A DNA stretch of 11,531 nucleotides, taken from NCBI GenBank assembly GCA_050015395.1, contig JBEKBM010000041.1:1-11531 (forward strand), given 5' to 3'. The position numbers and the translations under genes are program-made. The notes beneath the pieces were generated by a model. It had not been told where the DNA came from. It made no database searches and saw only the letters and a program-made list of their open reading frames with translations. Positions 7,357 through 11,531 of this stretch are shown piece by piece (position 1 is the stretch's first letter; each line of letters begins with the position of its first letter). The DNA is from Candidatus Bathyarchaeia archaeon (GTDB lineage: Archaea; Thermoproteota; Bathyarchaeia; Bathyarchaeales; Bathycorpusculaceae).

Positions 7357-7857
7357 TTGAAAGAGGAGCAATTTAAAGTTTTAAAAACTATGAGTGAAGC
7401 TACAAGCCGCATGGACCTGAACATGTTTGCTAAAAAGGTGAATTTAAACCCAAACCAAACTATACAGCAAATTCAAGAACTAGCAAAAGAGGGCTTTCTG
7501 CAAAGAATCGGAAATGGATATGGCATAACTGAAAAAGGAAAAGCAGCAATCAAAGCGTTCACGCCTGTTCCAGAAGAAATGGGGTTTCACTTTTACTATG
7601 GTATCAATCAGCCCGCAGACTTAACCTCGAAGACACTTGAAGAGTTTTACAAGGCTATAAAACAGGTCAGCGCAGGTTCGCTTGAATTTCACCTCTACAG
7701 GGGCGACTTTGAAAACTGGCTAAAAGAAGCCTGCAAAGAGCCAGAGCTTGCAGATAAAATTGGAGGCATTAAGGTCGCTGGCCTAAAGGGTGAAGACCTT
7801 AGGGCAGAACTCTTGAAAGTGCTTGACGCAAAATACTGCATCCAAGAACTGATGTAA
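7357..7857 (+). CDS. Uncharacterised protein: N-terminal winged helix-turn-helix plus C-terminal DUF5752-like domain
   Basis: The N-terminus has a wHTH pattern (VLKTM...FAKKVNL...IQELAKEGFLQRIGNGYGITEKG). The C-terminus FHFYYG...TLEEF...SLEFHLYRGDFENWLKE resembles DUF5752 (recognised from memory, not searched). Strong SD. Confidence 0.7.
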   Translation: MKEEQFKVLKTMSEATSRMDLNMFAKKVNLNPNQTIQQIQELAKEGFLQRIGNGYGITEKGKAAIKAFTPVPEEMGFHFYYGINQPADLTSKTLEEFYKAIKQVSAGSLEFHLYRGDFENWLKEACKEPELADKIGGIKVAGLKGEDLRAELLKVLDAKYCIQELM

Positions 7858-7861
7858 ACTT

Positions 7862-8323
7862 CTACAGCTTCTTCTCGTTTAACTTAATCCACCAATCAGG
7901 GACTCTGGCTTTTTCCGCGTTGTCCCAAGAGTCAAAGGGCTTAATATCCAAGATTGGCGTGCCGTCGAAAGCGTCCAGACCGCGAACAGTCAAAGTGTTG
8001 CCTTCAACCTTTAACAACTCAACTAGTGTTAGTCCGATGGGGTTTGGGCGAATGTTAGTTCTGGTAGCGAAAACTCCAAGCAAAGGCATGTCCATTCTGC
8101 CTCTTGGATGAATCTTCAATGTCATTCGTTGCTTGTTGGAAATTTGGTTGAGCCAAAAAAGCACAAACAAGTGTGAAAAGCCATCAACACCATCTAAGGC
8201 TCCAACCAACTCGTCACGAACGATAATCTGTGAGATTCTGGATTTATCTTTAACCTCGTTGCCAACAGCTTCGGTTTTGACGCGGCCTATGGGGTTCAAA
8301 AAGATTTTGTCTTGAAAAGTCAT
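7862..8323 (-). CDS. tsaA: tRNA m6t6A37 methyltransferase TrmO (TsaA/YaeB family)
   Basis: PIG, LDGVDGFSHLFVLFW, GVFATRTNIRPNPIGLTLV, GLDAFDGTPILDIKP. Confidence 0.93.
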   Translation of the reverse strand: MTFQDKIFLNPIGRVKTEAVGNEVKDKSRISQIIVRDELVGALDGVDGFSHLFVLFWLNQISNKQRMTLKIHPRGRMDMPLLGVFATRTNIRPNPIGLTLVELLKVEGNTLTVRGLDAFDGTPILDIKPFDSWDNAEKARVPDWWIKLNEKKL

Positions 8324-8435
8324 CGGTTAAATACGCCTTAACTTTTGAGTGAGCCGTAAAACTATATAAGCATTCTACTGAAATCGCGAATAAACCTGCT
8401 AATAGAAATCACAAGCTAAAAATTGAAACTTACCT

Positions 8436-9218
8436 TTAACTTCTAAATTTAGCCGCACGATTCGCAATTAACGTAGCCATAGCACCAGCAGCAACTCCAG
8501 CGTCAATGTTAACAACTGCCAACCCCAGTGAACATGACTGAAGCATAGCCATCAGCGTGCTTACTCCTTTTTCGCCAAAACCGTAACTATTAGAAGTTGG
8601 AACCGCAATCACCGGAACATTAACCATACCAGCAACCACCGAAGCCAAAGCCCCTTCCCTGCCAGCAACCACAATAATAACGTCAACATCCTTCACGATT
8701 AAGTCTTTTAGGGGCTGAAGAACCCTATGAATCCCAGCCACACCCAAATCATACGATGCATAAACTTGGCAACCCATTTCTTCAGCAATCACCTTTGCCT
8801 CTTCAGCCACTGGAATGTCAGAGGTGCCTGCGGTTAAAAGTCCAATCTTTCCACCAGTGTTTTTAATGGCAATGTTTTTCTTTTTAATGATGACTATTCT
8901 TGCTTTTTCATTAACCTGGAAAGTTGCATCGTCAGGCAGCGCCTGGTTGAGGGCTTGAACTTGTTCTTGACTGCATCTGCTCACTATTACTCTACCATTT
9001 TCACTAAGCATTCGAAGGGTTATTTCAACTAGGTCTTTTGCTGTTTTGTTCTCAGCTAAAATTATTTCAGGAATACCTTTTCTGTGTTCCCTGTTAGCGT
9101 CAATTTTTGCTATGCCTTCAACTTCAGCAATAGCTAGCAGGCGCAACAGTTTTTCTGCTTCCTCAACTGTTAACTCGTTTTTAGCGGTTTTTTCAAGAAT
9201 CTCTTTCAATGTGGACAT
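8436..9218 (-). CDS. larB: Nickel pincer cofactor biosynthesis protein LarB (PurE/AIR carboxylase-like)
   Basis: DANREHRKGIPEII..K, TAGTSDIPVAEEA, DLGVAGIHR, VAGREGALASVVAG, PVIAVPTS..YG, MLQSCS.GLAVVNID. ATG 9218 is preferred over TTG 9251 because it avoids overlap with the divergent promoter region. Confidence 0.93.
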   Translation of the reverse strand: MSTLKEILEKTAKNELTVEEAEKLLRLLAIAEVEGIAKIDANREHRKGIPEIILAENKTAKDLVEITLRMLSENGRVIVSRCSQEQVQALNQALPDDATFQVNEKARIVIIKKKNIAIKNTGGKIGLLTAGTSDIPVAEEAKVIAEEMGCQVYASYDLGVAGIHRVLQPLKDLIVKDVDVIIVVAGREGALASVVAGMVNVPVIAVPTSNSYGFGEKGVSTLMAMLQSCSLGLAVVNIDAGVAAGAMATLIANRAAKFRS

Positions 9219-9296
9219 GATTTCGATCACTTGCTCAAGAACCACAAGCAATATATCGTTTTTGCTTTTTTAATATATGCAAGCGGTCGGAACAGG
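9219..9296. promoter_or_regulatory. Compact divergent promoter region for larB and larC-larE
   Basis: 78-bp AT-rich gap with TTTTAATATA (9268-9277) about 20 nt before larC ATG 9297, suggesting a near-leaderless transcript, and AATATAT (9250-9256) upstream of larB. Confidence 0.5.
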
Positions 9297-10550
9297 ATGC
9301 CTGAATTTTCTAGAATAGTTATGATTGATTGTCAAGTCGCTGGAGTTTCTGGAGACATGATTCTGGGCGCTTTACTGGATCTTGGAGCAGATGTAAACAA
9401 GGTTACTTCAGCCATAAAAAGTCTGGAGAACGCCGATTACGGTTACAAGAATGTGGTGGTTGATATCAAACAGGTTATGCGTAAAGAGTTCAGAGCCACC
9501 AAAGTTGACGTCACAGCTGAAGGAAAATCCAGAAAAGACGGGAAACAATTAATCGAAATAGTTGAAAAAACAGCAGAAAACCTCAAGCTTTCAGCAAAAG
9601 CAAAGCAGTATGCCTCAAACGTCATCCACACGTTGGTTGATGCAGAAGCGAAACTTCATGGGCATCATTTGGCTGATGCGCATTTGCATGAGGTTGGGTT
9701 GGTTGATACTGCCGCGGAAATTATTGGTTCTGCGGTTGCCATGGAAGACCTTGGCTTCTTTAACGCTAAAATCGTTGCAACGCCAGTCTCCGTTGGCGGA
9801 GGATTATTCCAGTTTTCACATGGCACAGTGTCAAGTCCATCTCCGGCGGCGCTAGCTATTTTTCAATCAAAGAGTTTTCCGATTAAAGGTGGACCTGTCG
9901 AGTCGGAACTAGCTACGCCCACGGGAGCAGCAATAATAGTTAATTTAGCAGACGAAGTAAGCAGGTTTTACCCTGAGATGGCTCCATTGAAGGTTGGTTA
10001 TGGCGCAGGCGGAAAAGAGTTTTCTGAAATACCTAACGTTCTTCGAATAACAATGGGTAAACCTTTAGAAAAATGCTTGATGAAGGATCAGATTGCCGTA
10101 TTGGAAACCAACGTTGATGACGTGTCAGGGGAAATTGTGGGGCATACTGTTGATCGGCTTCTTGCGGAAGGCGCAAAAGACGTAAGCATCATACCCATGT
10201 ACACTAAAAAGAATAGACCTGGGCAAATTATCAAGGTAATCGCTGACCAAAAAGATGCCCAACACCTCTCAAATGTACTGATTAATGAAACAGGCACGTT
10301 GGGAGTCAGAGTTTACTTCTGTGAAAGACACATTGTTACCCGTGAAGTTTATTCAGTCGATTTGCTGATTGGCGGCGTTAAAGAACCAATAAAAGTAAAG
10401 GTTTCAAAAAACAGCAATGGAGAAATCATCCGCATAAAACCCGAATATGACGATCTTAAAAGGTTGGCGGAAAAAACTAATAAGCCTCTTAGAGAACTTT
10501 CGGAGCTTGTAATCTCGAAGGCAAAAGAAATTTTTATCCAACCGACGTGA
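9297..10550 (+). CDS. larC: Nickel insertase LarC, single uninterrupted ORF
   Basis: IDCQVAGVSGDMILGALLDLG, AEAKLHG..HLHEVG..D, HG..P.PA, ELATPTGAA, GYGAG, PNVLR, LETNVDD, KKNRPG, ETGTLGVR, KPEYDD. The likely start is ATG 9297 rather than TTG 9231. Confidence 0.95.
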   Translation: MPEFSRIVMIDCQVAGVSGDMILGALLDLGADVNKVTSAIKSLENADYGYKNVVVDIKQVMRKEFRATKVDVTAEGKSRKDGKQLIEIVEKTAENLKLSAKAKQYASNVIHTLVDAEAKLHGHHLADAHLHEVGLVDTAAEIIGSAVAMEDLGFFNAKIVATPVSVGGGLFQFSHGTVSSPSPAALAIFQSKSFPIKGGPVESELATPTGAAIIVNLADEVSRFYPEMAPLKVGYGAGGKEFSEIPNVLRITMGKPLEKCLMKDQIAVLETNVDDVSGEIVGHTVDRLLAEGAKDVSIIPMYTKKNRPGQIIKVIADQKDAQHLSNVLINETGTLGVRVYFCERHIVTREVYSVDLLIGGVKEPIKVKVSKNSNGEIIRIKPEYDDLKRLAEKTNKPLRELSELVISKAKEIFIQPT

Positions 10551-11386
10551 TTTGCATGGAAGACCCAAATCGTAAACTTGAAGAACTCAAAGATTTCATC
10601 AAGGAAAAAGGAAAGGACGGCGTGGTAATCGCTTTTTCTGGAGGCGTGGACAGCTCAACATTAGCGGCTGTAAGCCATGAGGTTCTAGGCGAGAAGGCTG
10701 TGGCTGTTATAGCTCAATCTCCAACATACACGTCTGAAGAATTAAGGGACGCTAAAAAAACAGCCAAGGACATAGGCATCAAACTGTACGTGATTGAAAC
10801 TGACGAGTTATCCAATGAGAATTTTAGCAAAAACCCTGAAAACCGCTGCTACTACTGCAAAAAAGAATTACTCAAATCCCTAATCGACTTCGCGCATGAA
10901 CTCGGGTTCAAAGCGGTTTTTGAAGGCACAAACTTCACCGATTTAAACGATCACAGACCAGGATTCAAAGCAATTCAGGAAGTAAAAAGCGTGTATAGTC
11001 CATGGATGATTAACAAGTTTAGTAAAGATGAGATTCGCCAAGTAGCCAAAACAATGGGGCTTAGCGTTTATGACAAGCCTGCTTTAGCGTGCTTGGCTTC
11101 AAGGATACCGTTTAACGAGAGAATTACGGCTGAGAAGCTGAGTAGAATCGATAGGGCAGAGCAAGCCGTAAAGGCGATAACGGGGGTTAAGCAGATCCGA
11201 GTTAGAGACCATAACGGGTTAGCAAGAATAGAAGTTGGAAAAACTGAAAGAGAACTCTTTTGCAGCGTCGAAGTTTTGGATAGGGTAGCTGAGGATTTGA
11301 AAAAATTAGGATTCAAGTATGTGACAATTGATTTAGAAGGCTACCGATCAGGAAGCATGCTAAAAACACTGGACACATCAGTATAA
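10547..11386 (+). CDS. larE: ATP-dependent sulfur insertase LarE
   Basis: PP-loop AFSGGVDS, NPENRCYYCKK, DHRPG, KPALACLASRIP, RVRDH..LARIEV, DLEGYRSGSM. The start is either GTG 10547 (GTGA overlap with the larC stop) or ATG 10556. Confidence 0.95.
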   Translation: MICMEDPNRKLEELKDFIKEKGKDGVVIAFSGGVDSSTLAAVSHEVLGEKAVAVIAQSPTYTSEELRDAKKTAKDIGIKLYVIETDELSNENFSKNPENRCYYCKKELLKSLIDFAHELGFKAVFEGTNFTDLNDHRPGFKAIQEVKSVYSPWMINKFSKDEIRQVAKTMGLSVYDKPALACLASRIPFNERITAEKLSRIDRAEQAVKAITGVKQIRVRDHNGLARIEVGKTERELFCSVEVLDRVAEDLKKLGFKYVTIDLEGYRSGSMLKTLDTSV

Positions 11387-11531
11387 AAAAACTGTTTGTA
11401 TTTAGCTGCGTCGTTTTCAGCTCCATTTATTTGCTTCGAGAGAGGCAAAACGAATAAGGGTGCGGGACAATTGAACAGTGGAAAGAAGAGTGCAGGAGGG
11501 GCAATCAAAATTAAAAACAAAACAAAAAACA

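Noticed and set aside
9231-9251. Apparent head-to-head overlap of larB and larC
   Set aside because: Artefact of longest-ORF TTG starts. ATG 9218 and ATG 9297 match the family N-termini and leave a promoter gap.
11387-11531. Possible feature downstream of larE (weak AGCTG...CAGCT hairpin; A-rich end)
   Set aside because: Too short and truncated to call. It could be the terminator of a convergent gene outside the window.

Overview
Archaeal genomic window, plausibly Bathyarchaeia given the TTG starts, TATA promoters and a DUF5752-like protein (inference only). From left to right it holds an archaeal SRP (7S) RNA gene on the minus strand cut by the left edge, a translationally coupled minus-strand trpE-G-D-C-B-A operon with no trpF, cutA, a wHTH+DUF5752-like protein, trmO/tsaA, and divergent larB / larC-larE nickel-pincer cofactor genes with no larA in view. 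Main observation: the trpE reading frame extends about 148 codons upstream of the ORF-track start, to 6459. This extension encodes the conserved LLES and GGAVGYISYD motifs but has no in-frame ATG/GTG/TTG. The upstream ATGs instead open a 19-codon leader ORF (6463-6404) whose single Trp codon sits in CUU-UGG-C, closely resembling the prfB (CUU-UGA-C) and Ty1 (CUU-AGG-C) +1 shift sites. A +1 slip there gives a full-length ~474-aa TrpE. This suggests a tryptophan-starvation-sensing programmed +1 frameshift that gates the operon. The site is followed by a ~300-nt A/C-rich, start-codon-free mRNA tract and preceded by TRP-box-like operators. An assembly indel is the main alternative explanation.
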